A stretch of 64,000 bases of DNA from the IMG/VR virus record IMGVR_UViG_3300036859_000816, positions 1 through 64,000 of that record. One strand, 5' to 3'. The notes under the pieces are model-generated. The model had not been told where the DNA came from and did no database searches. It was given only the letters and a program-made list of their open reading frames with translations. Position 1 is the first letter of the stretch. Each line of letters opens with the position of its first letter. This stretch comes from a virus. The position numbers and the translations under genes are program-made. This document shows positions 18,631 through 28,099 of the stretch, piece after piece.

Positions 18631-18671
18631 AAAAAGCAACGGCGCCCGGTGACGGGAACCACCGGGCGCCG
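18631..18671 (-). terminator. Intrinsic terminator
   Basis: 12-bp stem CGGCGCCCGGTG/CACCGGGCGCCG followed on the minus strand by TTGCTTTTT. Confidence 0.7.
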
Positions 18672-18685
18672 CTAACAACGACGCA

Positions 18686-19669
18686 ATGCCCAAGCTAGCT
18701 ACAGTTTTGTCACAGGTCAAGCAACCCTATGAGGTGCTGGCCCACGCCGACGCCGATCGAACGGCATGGCTCGCAGCGCGGCGAGAGCTGATTACAGCGA
18801 GCGAGGTACCTCTCATTTTGGGAATGTATGGGCAATCGCGGCGCATCCGCTACTGGTACGACAAGGCGCAGTTGACCGAACGCGATAACCTGGACGATTT
18901 CGAGGGCGCGCAGATGGGTCAGCGCCTCGAACCCTTGAACGCTGAGTTATTCTCGGAAAAAACGGGCCGACGGCTGCAACGCGAGCAGAAGTTACTGCGC
19001 AGCCTTCGTTACCCCTGGCTCGGTGCGACGCTGGACTACACGCAGTACATCCAACGCAAAGATCCGGGAGCACCCGTGGAGCTCAAGAGCTCGGGCAAAA
19101 AGCACAATTGGCCCGAAACCGAAGCCGACATTGAGTACCCGGACGTCGAATTCGTGGGCGAGCCGAGCCTGCGCTACCAGGCTCAACTCCAGGCTCAGCT
19201 CCTGGTGTACGGAGCCGACTGGGGATCTGTGAGCGTGTTGCTCGGGACGCCTTACATGCACCACCGTTGGCGGGACTTTCCGATCCACCCGAGCTTTAGT
19301 CAGCTAATTATTGAGAAATCCTACGCTTTTTGGCAATCGATCCGTACCGGTACGCCGCCCGAGCCCGATGACAGCGATCTCGTCCACTCCACCTTAAAGG
19401 AGCGAGCACTCCACGCTCGGGCCGGCGCGAGCGTTCGGTTGCCGGCCGCCGCCGCCGACTGGGATCGGCGCTTACAAGCCGCGCGCGCGGAGCGCATCGA
19501 TGCCGAAAAGGAAATCAACCACCTCGAGAGCCTCATCATGACCGCGCTGGGTGACGCTGAGCAGGGCATTCTACCCGACGGTGATTCTTATGTGGTCCAG
19601 CGCTCACCCCGCAAAGGTTACTCGGTCGCACCAACGACCGCTGTCACGTTAAGGAGAATCCGTTCATGA
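18686..19669 (+). CDS. YqaJ-like viral recombinase exonuclease
   Basis: WLAARR..ITASE, GQRLEP, LGATLD, VELKS, YQAQLQAQL. Confidence 0.92.
   Translation: MPKLATVLSQVKQPYEVLAHADADRTAWLAARRELITASEVPLILGMYGQSRRIRYWYDKAQLTERDNLDDFEGAQMGQRLEPLNAELFSEKTGRRLQREQKLLRSLRYPWLGATLDYTQYIQRKDPGAPVELKSSGKKHNWPETEADIEYPDVEFVGEPSLRYQAQLQAQLLVYGADWGSVSVLLGTPYMHHRWRDFPIHPSFSQLIIEKSYAFWQSIRTGTPPEPDDSDLVHSTLKERALHARAGASVRLPAAAADWDRRLQAARAERIDAEKEINHLESLIMTALGDAEQGILPDGDSYVVQRSPRKGYSVAPTTAVTLRRIRS
18692..18720 (-). promoter_or_regulatory. Leftward sigma70-type promoter
   Basis: TTGACC - 17 bp - TAGCTT on the minus strand. Confidence 0.55.
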
Positions 19670-20763
19670 AAGTCATCGTCAATCGCACACAACTGCTACG
19701 TCTGCTCGACCGTTGTGCCGACGCTACGAAGGACGGCAGCTTAACGCATGGTCGGTCCGTGTTGCTCTCGGCAGAGCAACAACCTGACCAGCTGCGCATG
19801 TCTGCCATCAGCGTCAACCTCGCTGTGGATACCTGTCATCTTGGCAAAGTCGATCGTGCCGGTGACTTACTCGTTAACGCGCCACGCTTGCAATCGCTCG
19901 TGCAGGCAATGCCGGACGGAACCGATGTCACGCTCGCTTTCAGCGGCGAACGTCTCCAGGTCACTGCAGCCAATCGCCGCTACAGCATTGCCACTCTGCA
20001 ACGTGATTTGTTTCCCCCTATTCCCGATAGTCCCGAGAATAAAATTCCGTTACTCATTCCGACCGATGCGCTCGGCAACGCCATGGAGTACACGGAGTTT
20101 GCTGTCGATAATTCGCCGACGCATGAGCATCTGTTTGGCGTCCAGCTTCGATTAAGTCGTGGGCTCTTGGAGGGCACGGCTTTCAACGGCCACTGCGCCG
20201 TTCGGACGTCTACAAAATGCGACGTCGTCGGCCAAGGCGAGCTGTTCGTCCCACATCCAATGCAGCGTACTTTGAAGGCATTGTGCAATGAAAACAAGTC
20301 GCTGCGCTGCGACAAAGATGAGCGCCGCTTGTACGTGGAAACGGACGAAACGCTGCTAAGTGTCCTATTGCCACCGACTGCCTTCCCTAACTCTGAGCAC
20401 GTCTTCGGAATGTTCTGCGATCCCGTCTGCGCCGTTGACGGTGATCTTCTCGCGCGCGCGCTTAAAGCGATGCTCACGGTCGCTCCGAAGGCGGACATTA
20501 CGCTGGAGCTTGCGCCGCCCGTGCTCAAACTGAGTCTCACTGATGTCGACGATGGGTGCAGCGGCGATGAACAGTTGGACGCGCAGGTGTCGTCTGCTGA
20601 CGCGCACTTTCGCGTAATGCTCAACGGTAGCTATCTCGCAAGCGCGGTCCGCGCTTGCAACATCGTCGAACTTGGTATTCAAGACCCGACCAAGGATCCG
20701 CTCTGGGTACGCTCTCAGGACCGAACCTTCGTTGCTGCCATCATGCCCATCGTGCACAAGTAA
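19666..20763 (+). CDS. dnaN: DNA polymerase III beta sliding clamp homolog
   Basis: 365 aa, MKVIVNR start, DLFP, LFGV, AFNGH, AFPN, LNGSYL, C-terminal IMP. Confidence 0.85.
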   Translation: MKVIVNRTQLLRLLDRCADATKDGSLTHGRSVLLSAEQQPDQLRMSAISVNLAVDTCHLGKVDRAGDLLVNAPRLQSLVQAMPDGTDVTLAFSGERLQVTAANRRYSIATLQRDLFPPIPDSPENKIPLLIPTDALGNAMEYTEFAVDNSPTHEHLFGVQLRLSRGLLEGTAFNGHCAVRTSTKCDVVGQGELFVPHPMQRTLKALCNENKSLRCDKDERRLYVETDETLLSVLLPPTAFPNSEHVFGMFCDPVCAVDGDLLARALKAMLTVAPKADITLELAPPVLKLSLTDVDDGCSGDEQLDAQVSSADAHFRVMLNGSYLASAVRACNIVELGIQDPTKDPLWVRSQDRTFVAAIMPIVHK

Positions 20764-20781
20764 ACAGAAAGGGAACCGCCA

Positions 20782-21876
20782 ATGTCACAACCCAATCCCA
20801 TTCCGCCGCCGACCGCTCACACTGACACGAAGAAAAAACCGAAGACCGAGTTCCAGCTACGGCTCGAAAGTTTTCAGAGCTTCATCGATCAGCCGCGCGT
20901 AACCGATCAGCTAGCGCGCGTCTTGCCCGACAACATGGAAGTGAAGCGCCAGAAAGTGCTGCTCATCAACTCGCTACGGCGCACACCGAAGGTCTTGTTA
21001 GCGACGCGCGAGAGTCTTGTCGCAGCCGTCGTGCAAACCTTTGAACTCGGTCTGAGTCCCGTCCCCGCCCTCGGTCACGCCTACTTTGTTCCCTTCGAGA
21101 CGAAGGGGCGGCTGCTCTGCCAGCTCATCATCGGCTACCGCGGGCTCATTGAGCTCGCTCGGCGCAGTGGCCTCGTGGCCAACATCAGCGCCGAGGTCGT
21201 CCGGTGCGGAGACTACTTTTACTACGAGTTGGGTGATACCCCTAGGCTGGAGCACACACCTAGGGAAGTCCTTGAGTTCGCGCCTCCTGAGCGACAGCAA
21301 GCTGTAGCGCGAATGCTAGCCGGTCGTCCGGCCGATGGAAAGCTCTTGATGGCCTACTCGGTCGTCCTCCTGAAGGACGGAACTAAGGTTCGGCGTGTAG
21401 TTAGCGAAGAATTCATCAGTCGCATCAAAAAGGCTTCGCGCGGGAGTAATCATCCGGACAGCCCATGGCAGAACTGGACCGATCAGATGTGGGCTAAGAC
21501 CGCCATTCGCCAAGCGTTGAAATTTGTGCCGCTTTCCCCCGAGGACCGCCTAAGCAAAGGGTTGGAAATCGACGAATCTACGTTCACGGATATCGGCAAG
21601 CCCATCATCGAGACGACGGCTGTTGCAGTTTCCGAGAGCAACGGAGCTTCAGAAATGTCCAGCATTGACGAGGGCTTGTCCGTGGAGAGCGAAAGTAACG
21701 CTGAACAGACCGGCATGGATGCTTTCGTGCACCAACAGCAGGCGCCCGCGAGTAACCCGGTGGAGACCGACGAGAGTGCTGCAGAACCGGAAGCCGACAA
21801 GCCGGCTACGGACAAGCCAAGTGAACCAACGGCCGACGCGCCTCGAGCGCAGCGCCGACGACGCTCGCCCACGTGA
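20782..21876 (+). CDS. recT: RecT single-strand annealing protein
   Basis: LGLSP..LGHAYFVPF, QLIIGYRGLIELARRSG, PW..W.DQMWAKTAIR. Confidence 0.93.
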   Translation: MSQPNPIPPPTAHTDTKKKPKTEFQLRLESFQSFIDQPRVTDQLARVLPDNMEVKRQKVLLINSLRRTPKVLLATRESLVAAVVQTFELGLSPVPALGHAYFVPFETKGRLLCQLIIGYRGLIELARRSGLVANISAEVVRCGDYFYYELGDTPRLEHTPREVLEFAPPERQQAVARMLAGRPADGKLLMAYSVVLLKDGTKVRRVVSEEFISRIKKASRGSNHPDSPWQNWTDQMWAKTAIRQALKFVPLSPEDRLSKGLEIDESTFTDIGKPIIETTAVAVSESNGASEMSSIDEGLSVESESNAEQTGMDAFVHQQQAPASNPVETDESAAEPEADKPATDKPSEPTADAPRAQRRRRSPT

Positions 21877-22055
21877 ACTTTTGTTCGTAACGATCTTGCC
21901 CGTCTGGTCGCTGAGGTTGTAGGTTGGCTTTCCTGCGCCAAGATCCGCTTGGCGTCAGCAGTCGTTAACGGGAAGCAATGACGCTTGCGGATTCTTCAAC
22001 GACGCGCGCAAAAAATTCAGGAGGATCGAATGCTGCCAGCATGCTGGGTTGAGCT

Positions 22056-23003
22056 ATGACGTGGGCTCGGCTTGACGACGACATTTTGATGCACCCGAAG
22101 TGGTGGGCGCTCTCTGCGCAGGCTTTTCAGCTGGGAATTAGGCTGATTGTCTGGGCAAACAAGTACAGTCTCGAGACGGGCAGTGTTAGCTGGGGCGTCA
22201 TTCGCGAGATGGCGGGCGGCAGCACTCGCCGCGCGAAGCGGCTCATCACTGAGCTCGTGGATGCCGGCAAACCGATCAAAGAGACCGGCATCCTGGAACC
22301 GCTCGCCGACGGTGCGTGGAAGATCCACGACTTCGAACGCTACCGCGCTCCCGTGAAGGCGGTTGACTCGTCGCAAGTCAGTAATGCCAGAGCCGAGGCG
22401 GGACGCGCAGGCGGTCAGCGCTCGGCGGCACGCCGTCAGGAGCAATACGGAACGGCTCAACCGAGTGCTCACCCCGAAGCAAACTCCCGAAGCAAACCCG
22501 AAGCAAACGCCGAAGCAAACTCCCGAAGCAAAAATGGTTTTGCTTCGAAGCAAAACGGCGCTCCCGATCCCGATCCCGGAGAAGAGTTCCTACCTGCAGA
22601 AGCAGCAGCTAAAGACCTGACAGGAGGCGCGCGCGTAGGCAGCCCGGCAGTTGCTGCTGCTGCACCGGCTTCGCCGGATAATTCGGAAAAAGTGAGTTGT
22701 CCTAAAGACTTACAGCTATCGGACGACCATAAGACACAGCTCCGCGCAGCCGGCGTACCGGATTACGCCATCGTGGCCGGCGTCACGCGGTTTCTGGGCA
22801 AAGCCTCAGGTGATGCTTATGGGCATCGTACTCTGTCGGCGTGGCGTAATTCGATGTACGCGGCAGTACACGGCATGTGGAACGATCCGCGTCAGCGTCC
22901 TAACCCACCGGAATCATTCGATAAACCAGGACCCGTTAAAGCCAAAGCGGCCGCTGAAATACACACGTACACCATGCCAGACGGCCGGCAGGTGCGCGCT
23001 TAA
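22056..23003 (+). CDS. Phage replication initiator (lambda O-like)
   Basis: MTWARLDD..HPK, WKIHDFERY N-terminal domain; internal iterons; upstream of primase and helicase. Confidence 0.75.
   Translation: MTWARLDDDILMHPKWWALSAQAFQLGIRLIVWANKYSLETGSVSWGVIREMAGGSTRRAKRLITELVDAGKPIKETGILEPLADGAWKIHDFERYRAPVKAVDSSQVSNARAEAGRAGGQRSAARRQEQYGTAQPSAHPEANSRSKPEANAEANSRSKNGFASKQNGAPDPDPGEEFLPAEAAAKDLTGGARVGSPAVAAAAPASPDNSEKVSCPKDLQLSDDHKTQLRAAGVPDYAIVAGVTRFLGKASGDAYGHRTLSAWRNSMYAAVHGMWNDPRQRPNPPESFDKPGPVKAKAAAEIHTYTMPDGRQVRA
22475..22555 (+). repeat. Iteron array (putative origin) inside the initiator gene
   Basis: CGAAGCAAA at 22475, 22488, 22499, 22511, 22524 then palindrome TTTTGCTTCGAAGCAAAA 22538-22555. 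Confidence 0.85.
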
Positions 23004-23013
23004 TCATGTCCCC

Positions 23014-23060
23014 CGAAGCAAACCCGAAGCAAACGCCGAAGCAAAACCAGTTTTGCTTCG
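23014..23060 (+). repeat. Second iteron array, intergenic
   Basis: CGAAGCAAA at 23014, 23025, 23037 and inverted copy 23052-23060. Confidence 0.85.
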
Positions 23061-23122
23061 GCACCGTAACCACCGGGACAATGACCCCACAGAGTCGTAA
23101 ACCAGTGTAACCACAGAGAAGT

Positions 23123-24184
23123 TTGACGATGGGCAAGTACGGGAACATTGCTCAAGAGGTTCGAAATGTGCTCACTGATGCACGCGCATTGTGTGAACAA
23201 CTTGGCCTCACCAACGGCGCAAAGAAGCAACGCACTGGACTGCTGATCTGCTGTCCGGCACACGGCGAAAAGAACCCGTCCTGCAGCGTGACGTTGGCGC
23301 CGAGCGGCACCATTCGGGTCAAATGCTTCAGCTGCGACTGGAGCGGCGATGCGCTGACGTTGGTGGCCAAGGTCCACGATCTGGACCTCAAGAGCCAGTT
23401 CCGGGAGGTGCTTATTACGGCGGCCGGGCTGGCTGGGCGCAGCGACCTGGCGGACGCGCTGCAAAACAACGAGGCGTACGAACCGAAGCCGGCACCGGTG
23501 CGTCCCGCGCCCGCCGAACCCGAGTACCCCAACCAGCACGAGCTCACGGCGCTTTGGGCCGCTGCTCATTCCGTAACGACGGATGCCGAGACGGTAGCGC
23601 ATCTAACGTTCCGCACGATTGATGTCGCTGCCGTCGCGCAATTCGATCTAGCTCGCGTGCTGCCGCCGCTCGCGCTGCTACCGCGCTGGGCAAGTTACCA
23701 TGGCGACCCGTGGACGCAGACGGGCCATCGGTTGCTGCTACCGGTCTACGATGTCGATGGCGTCTTCCGCTCGGTTCGCGCGTGGCGAATCATCGATGGT
23801 GAGACACCGAAGCGACTACCGCCGGGCGGACATAAGGCAGCCGAGCTCGTGCTCGCCAATGCGCACGCGCTCGCGTGGTTGCGACACTCCGATGCGCTGC
23901 CGTATACGGCGCCTCCGTTCAGTCTCATGATCGTTGAAGGTGAGCCGGATTTTCTCGTGCGCGCGACGCTCAACAATGACGAGGCTATCGTGGGTTTGAT
24001 GAGCGGCAGCTGGCACCAGGGTTTCGCGGATAAGCTGCCGCATGGATCTGAAATACTTCTGCGTACGCACTTGGATCGCGCAGGAGACAAGTACGCGGCC
24101 GACGTCACGCACAGCGTACGGAACTGCGGCGTGCAAGTGCATCGTATTGAAGTGAACAGCATCGCGACAGCAAAGGTCAGCTGA
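23123..24184 (+). CDS. DnaG-type primase (CHC2 zinc finger plus TOPRIM)
   Basis: CPAHGEKNPSC...KCFSC...GDA; IVEGEPD; LDRAG. Confidence 0.85.
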   Translation: MTMGKYGNIAQEVRNVLTDARALCEQLGLTNGAKKQRTGLLICCPAHGEKNPSCSVTLAPSGTIRVKCFSCDWSGDALTLVAKVHDLDLKSQFREVLITAAGLAGRSDLADALQNNEAYEPKPAPVRPAPAEPEYPNQHELTALWAAAHSVTTDAETVAHLTFRTIDVAAVAQFDLARVLPPLALLPRWASYHGDPWTQTGHRLLLPVYDVDGVFRSVRAWRIIDGETPKRLPPGGHKAAELVLANAHALAWLRHSDALPYTAPPFSLMIVEGEPDFLVRATLNNDEAIVGLMSGSWHQGFADKLPHGSEILLRTHLDRAGDKYAADVTHSVRNCGVQVHRIEVNSIATAKVS

Positions 24185-24420
24185 TGAAATCATACGAACA
24201 ACTGATTGACGAAGCCCGCACAAGGAATCGACAACGCGATCGAGATGAGCGCAAGGGCAAGTACGCAGCTCCATCTGATTGCCCTCTTGATATTCAGGTG
24301 GCCACAGCGATGGCGGCTATTAAGTGTGCAATCATCGCAGAGGATTGGAGCACCGTAGCGGAAGCATACGCTCTGCTCGAAGATACGTTGGGTCAGTTGC
24401 CCCGAACGAAATCGCAATGA
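24184..24420 (+). CDS. Hypothetical protein
   Basis: Coupled on both sides. Confidence 0.6.
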   Translation: MKSYEQLIDEARTRNRQRDRDERKGKYAAPSDCPLDIQVATAMAAIKCAIIAEDWSTVAEAYALLEDTLGQLPRTKSQ

Positions 24421-25517
24421 GCGGATTGGTTATAGCTCCTAAGCCCGGCGCCTTGACCGTGGAGAAGGCGCGCGTGATGCTCGCTCATGCGACGCGCACC
24501 GACGAAGTCAAAAAAATTCGCGACGTCGCCGTGGCGATGAAGGCGTATGCGCGCACGCAGCAGGCTGGCAAGGAGATCGCTTTGGACGCAGGCGAAATCA
24601 TCATTCGCGCTGAGGCACGCTTAGGCGAACTAGCGAAGAACTTGCCGAGGGCGCCAAACGACGGAAGCCGCGGCAACCAGGCAGGTCCGGCACGCGGACC
24701 AGCCAAACGCGACGCCCTGGCATCGGTCGGCGTCAGCAAGCAGCGGGCTGCAGAATTCGAGACGGTAGCCAGCCTGCCCTCCAAGGATCTAGACGCCTAC
24801 GTATCGGCCGAGCGCAAAGCGGGACGAGCGCCCTCAACGAGCGGAGCGGTCGCGTTGGCCAAGCTGCCGCAGCGCGAACGCAAGAAAGCAATCTCCAAGC
24901 TCGATGAAGACACAACCATCCGTCAGGTATTGACAGACGTTCGCCGCGACGTTCGCGTTGATCGGCTCGCCGAAATCAGCAAAGGCAACACCAAGCTCAA
25001 GGTCGCGCAACGATTTCCCGTGGTGCTCGCGGATCCACCGTGGCGTTACGAGCACGTCAAGACCGAGAGCCGCGCGATCGAGAATCAGTATCCGACGCTC
25101 GCGCTGCGAGCGATCTGCGATCTACCCGTCGCAAAACTTTGCACGCCGGATTGCGTGCTGTTTCTCTGGTCGCCGTCGCCGAAGCTAGCCGAAGCTCTTG
25201 AAGTGATTACGGCGTGGGGATTTACGTACCGCACGAACATGATCTGGATGAAAGACAAAATTGGAATGGGCTACTACGCGCGCCAGCAGCATGAGCTGTT
25301 GCTCATCGCTACGCGCGGCGATCCACCGACGCCGCCGCCCGCAGCACGGCCGCCATCGGTGATCAAAGCCAAGCGCGGCCGTCACAGCGAGAAGCCGGAG
25401 CAGTTTTATGCGATCATCGAAAAAATGTATCCGAAGTTCGCGCGAATGGAACTGTTCAGTCGAACGGCTCGCAAAGGCTGGACCGCATGGGGAAATGAGG
25501 CGCCCAATGGACAATGA
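24417..25517 (+). CDS. MT-A70 family adenine methyltransferase
   Basis: ADPPW, LFLW, WGFTY, HSEKP, ELFSR..GW..WGNE; start set at ATGA overlap. Confidence 0.93.
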   Translation: MSGLVIAPKPGALTVEKARVMLAHATRTDEVKKIRDVAVAMKAYARTQQAGKEIALDAGEIIIRAEARLGELAKNLPRAPNDGSRGNQAGPARGPAKRDALASVGVSKQRAAEFETVASLPSKDLDAYVSAERKAGRAPSTSGAVALAKLPQRERKKAISKLDEDTTIRQVLTDVRRDVRVDRLAEISKGNTKLKVAQRFPVVLADPPWRYEHVKTESRAIENQYPTLALRAICDLPVAKLCTPDCVLFLWSPSPKLAEALEVITAWGFTYRTNMIWMKDKIGMGYYARQQHELLLIATRGDPPTPPPAARPPSVIKAKRGRHSEKPEQFYAIIEKMYPKFARMELFSRTARKGWTAWGNEAPNGQ

Positions 25518-25545
25518 CAGCGATGAATTCGAAGAAGAGTAAAAC

Positions 25546-26598
25546 ATGACCGACGGCAACGGCGCACCGCATCCTGATGAAAACGATCGTCTCAAGGACG
25601 GCACTCTACCGAAAGATCCGAAGGCCGATACAAAGCAGACCGCGGGCCAAGACGTGCCGCGTGTGCTCACGGTTCAACAGATCCTCAAGGCGTCGATGCT
25701 GCGCGCCGAATCCGCGAAGACGCGCGCTTTCTGTACGACCGGTAACTGGTTCATCGATGACGCCACGGGCGGCATGCAACCGGGTGATTGTTGGCTCTTT
25801 GGTGCCGACACATCTTGGGGCAAGAGCAGTTGGGCCATCATGATCGTCGACGTGAACCTGCACGCGGGTAAGCGCGTGCTCATCGTCTCGAGCGAGGACG
25901 GCGAGGAGCTCTACGGCGATCGACTCATGTGCCGGCGTGCCGGCGTCGACGCCAAGCTCTACCGCAACGGAACGCTCAGTGAAGCAGAGTGGAAGGCAGT
26001 ACGTGAGACAGTTGCCAAAGGTGAGCCGGTGCCCGTGTTCGTCGATGCTCGTGCGCACAAGATTGAAAAACTCGCGCCGCATCTGGACAAGATCATTCAG
26101 CAGCAAGCCATCGATATGATCATCTTCGACTACCTGCAGGAGTTTCAGTCGGGGCGCCGGCACCAAGATGAGCGGATCAAGTTCAAGGAAATCGCGGCCG
26201 TGATGCGCAAGGTCGTGAAGCTCAACAAGAAGACCGGCATCATCATGAGCCAGTTGACGATCACGAGCACCAAAAAGTATCCGGACCGCAACAGCATTCG
26301 CGAGTCCCGCGACGTATCCAACGCTGCTGAGACCATCCTGATCGGCTACATGCCGGAAGAACACATCTACGCCAAAGATGACGACAATAAAGATACGGAA
26401 GAAATCCTGATCGAAAAAGGAACTCGGGTGACGCTGATCGATAAATGCAAAAAGGGTCCGCGTGGAGGCAAGTTCCCAATGCCATGGGATGACCGGACCG
26501 CCGCGTTCAAGGAAGTCAAAGAACCGGAGCAACAACGCATCGACAATATGGCCGACCAATATGCCGGCATCGCGGACAATGACAATGAAGATGAATAG
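25546..26598 (+). CDS. dnaB: DnaB-like SF4 replicative helicase (C-terminal domain only)
   Basis: GADTSWGKSS Walker A, SSED, IFDYLQ Walker B, MSQL, RESRD. Confidence 0.88.
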   Translation: MTDGNGAPHPDENDRLKDGTLPKDPKADTKQTAGQDVPRVLTVQQILKASMLRAESAKTRAFCTTGNWFIDDATGGMQPGDCWLFGADTSWGKSSWAIMIVDVNLHAGKRVLIVSSEDGEELYGDRLMCRRAGVDAKLYRNGTLSEAEWKAVRETVAKGEPVPVFVDARAHKIEKLAPHLDKIIQQQAIDMIIFDYLQEFQSGRRHQDERIKFKEIAAVMRKVVKLNKKTGIIMSQLTITSTKKYPDRNSIRESRDVSNAAETILIGYMPEEHIYAKDDDNKDTEEILIEKGTRVTLIDKCKKGPRGGKFPMPWDDRTAAFKEVKEPEQQRIDNMADQYAGIADNDNEDE

Positions 26599-27022
26599 TG
26601 AGGAGGCGCAAGCTCCGAGCGCGTGTCGCATCTGCGGCGCGCGGAATGGTCAACTGGTCTGGCGACTGAAGGCTAACTGGCGGCTGTACTGTCCGGGTCC
26701 AGTGGAAGGCAGTAAGGATCACAAGCAAGCGCGCGAACGCGAGGCCGATGCGCAGAGCTTCATCAAAGCATCGGGCTTGTATCACGAGCGAATGGAAAAG
26801 ATCGAGGTCGGCGCGACTGGTCTATGCGCCTCGTGCACGCGCAATGTTAAGAGTGAACCCGACTACCCGTGCCCGCGATGCAAGCCAACGGCACCGCCAT
26901 GGCTAAAACTGCCGTGCGAGCTATGTAGTGGCAAGGGTGTGTTGACCGGCGCACAATCGCTGAACGACGTCGTGCATATGATCGAGACGGCACTGCGTGA
27001 AGGACGAAGCACAACACGATGA
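26591..27022 (+). CDS. Cys-rich zinc-finger protein
   Basis: CRIC, CASC, CPRC, CELCSGKG. Confidence 0.6.
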   Translation: MNSEEAQAPSACRICGARNGQLVWRLKANWRLYCPGPVEGSKDHKQAREREADAQSFIKASGLYHERMEKIEVGATGLCASCTRNVKSEPDYPCPRCKPTAPPWLKLPCELCSGKGVLTGAQSLNDVVHMIETALREGRSTTR

Positions 27023-28071
27023 CGTTGCGTGCGATAGAACTGTTCAGTGCATCCGGCGGACTCGCGTTAGGCTTTCGTCGTGCTGGCATCGACTTCACGT
27101 TGACGATCGAAAAGGATCCGAACGCATGCGAGAGCTACGAGCGCAATCTTCGTGTGCGTCCGTTGCAAGTTGATGTGCAGGACTTTGTGACGATGGTGCG
27201 TACTGGTTGGCGGCCAACCGAACGCTACGATTTGCTTGTCGCCGATCCGCCCTGTACGCCATGGAGTCGCGCGGGTAAGCGGCGAGGCTTAGATGATCCG
27301 CGTGACTTGATTGCCGAAACGATAGAGCTCATTCGTGAACTGCGACCGCGTGCGTTTCTGATCGGTAACGTGCCAGGACTCGACGACAGCAGTAACGAGG
27401 ACGCGGTGCGAGCGACGTTGGGTTCGCTCTGGTCGCACGGATACGAGATTAGCTTCACCCGACTCGACGCTGCGCACTATGGCGTTCCGCAGTTTCGGGC
27501 GCGTCCATTTTGGTTCGGTCGGCCGCGCGGCAGTTTAGACATTCGTTGGCCGCAGCGAACGCATGACGAAGACACCCGTCAGAAGAGCCTACCGGGCTGC
27601 GAACTTGCGCCGTTCGTCACGTGTCGTCAGGCCCTCGGTCACCTCAAGCCGAAAGATGTGGGTCGGCCACTGCGGCAGCGAGCGAACAAGAAACACCGGA
27701 CAAGCAAAGCCGACCGGTCCGGGCATGTTGTCACCGCCAACGGATCGCGCCATCAGGTCAATACGCTCGAGTGGCCGTGGGACCGACCGGCAACCAGCGT
27801 CGCCTGCGACCCGCGCATCCTGCCTCCCGGTCATAACGACAACGGATACAGGGCGCGCTGCGCGCCCAACGCGATAGCGCTCAGCGAGCGCGCGGCGGCA
27901 ATTTTGCAGGGATTTCCAGAAGCTTGGGTCTTCGCCGGCAAGAGTAAGATTGCGCGCTGGCGACAAATCGGCCAAGCCGTCCCGCCGCCACTGGCGGAAG
28001 CAATTGGTCGCTCCATCGTAGACTGGTTCAGTCGTGCCGATCCGGAGCAAGCCGTTTCACGTGCAACGTGA
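27019..28071 (+). CDS. dcm: C5-cytosine DNA methyltransferase (atypical motifs)
   Basis: ELFSASGG, PPCTPWS, GNV in place of ENV, PQFRAR, LQGFP, QIGQAV. Confidence 0.88.
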   Translation: MTLRAIELFSASGGLALGFRRAGIDFTLTIEKDPNACESYERNLRVRPLQVDVQDFVTMVRTGWRPTERYDLLVADPPCTPWSRAGKRRGLDDPRDLIAETIELIRELRPRAFLIGNVPGLDDSSNEDAVRATLGSLWSHGYEISFTRLDAAHYGVPQFRARPFWFGRPRGSLDIRWPQRTHDEDTRQKSLPGCELAPFVTCRQALGHLKPKDVGRPLRQRANKKHRTSKADRSGHVVTANGSRHQVNTLEWPWDRPATSVACDPRILPPGHNDNGYRARCAPNAIALSERAAAILQGFPEAWVFAGKSKIARWRQIGQAVPPPLAEAIGRSIVDWFSRADPEQAVSRAT

Positions 28072-28099
28072 GCGGAATAGCTCAACAACAGAAGATAAC

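Noticed and set aside
25606-26631. 341-aa minus-strand ORF
   Set aside because: Antisense shadow of the DnaB gene
24417-28071. Restriction-modification system
   Set aside because: No cognate endonuclease adjacent; orphan methylases are common in phages
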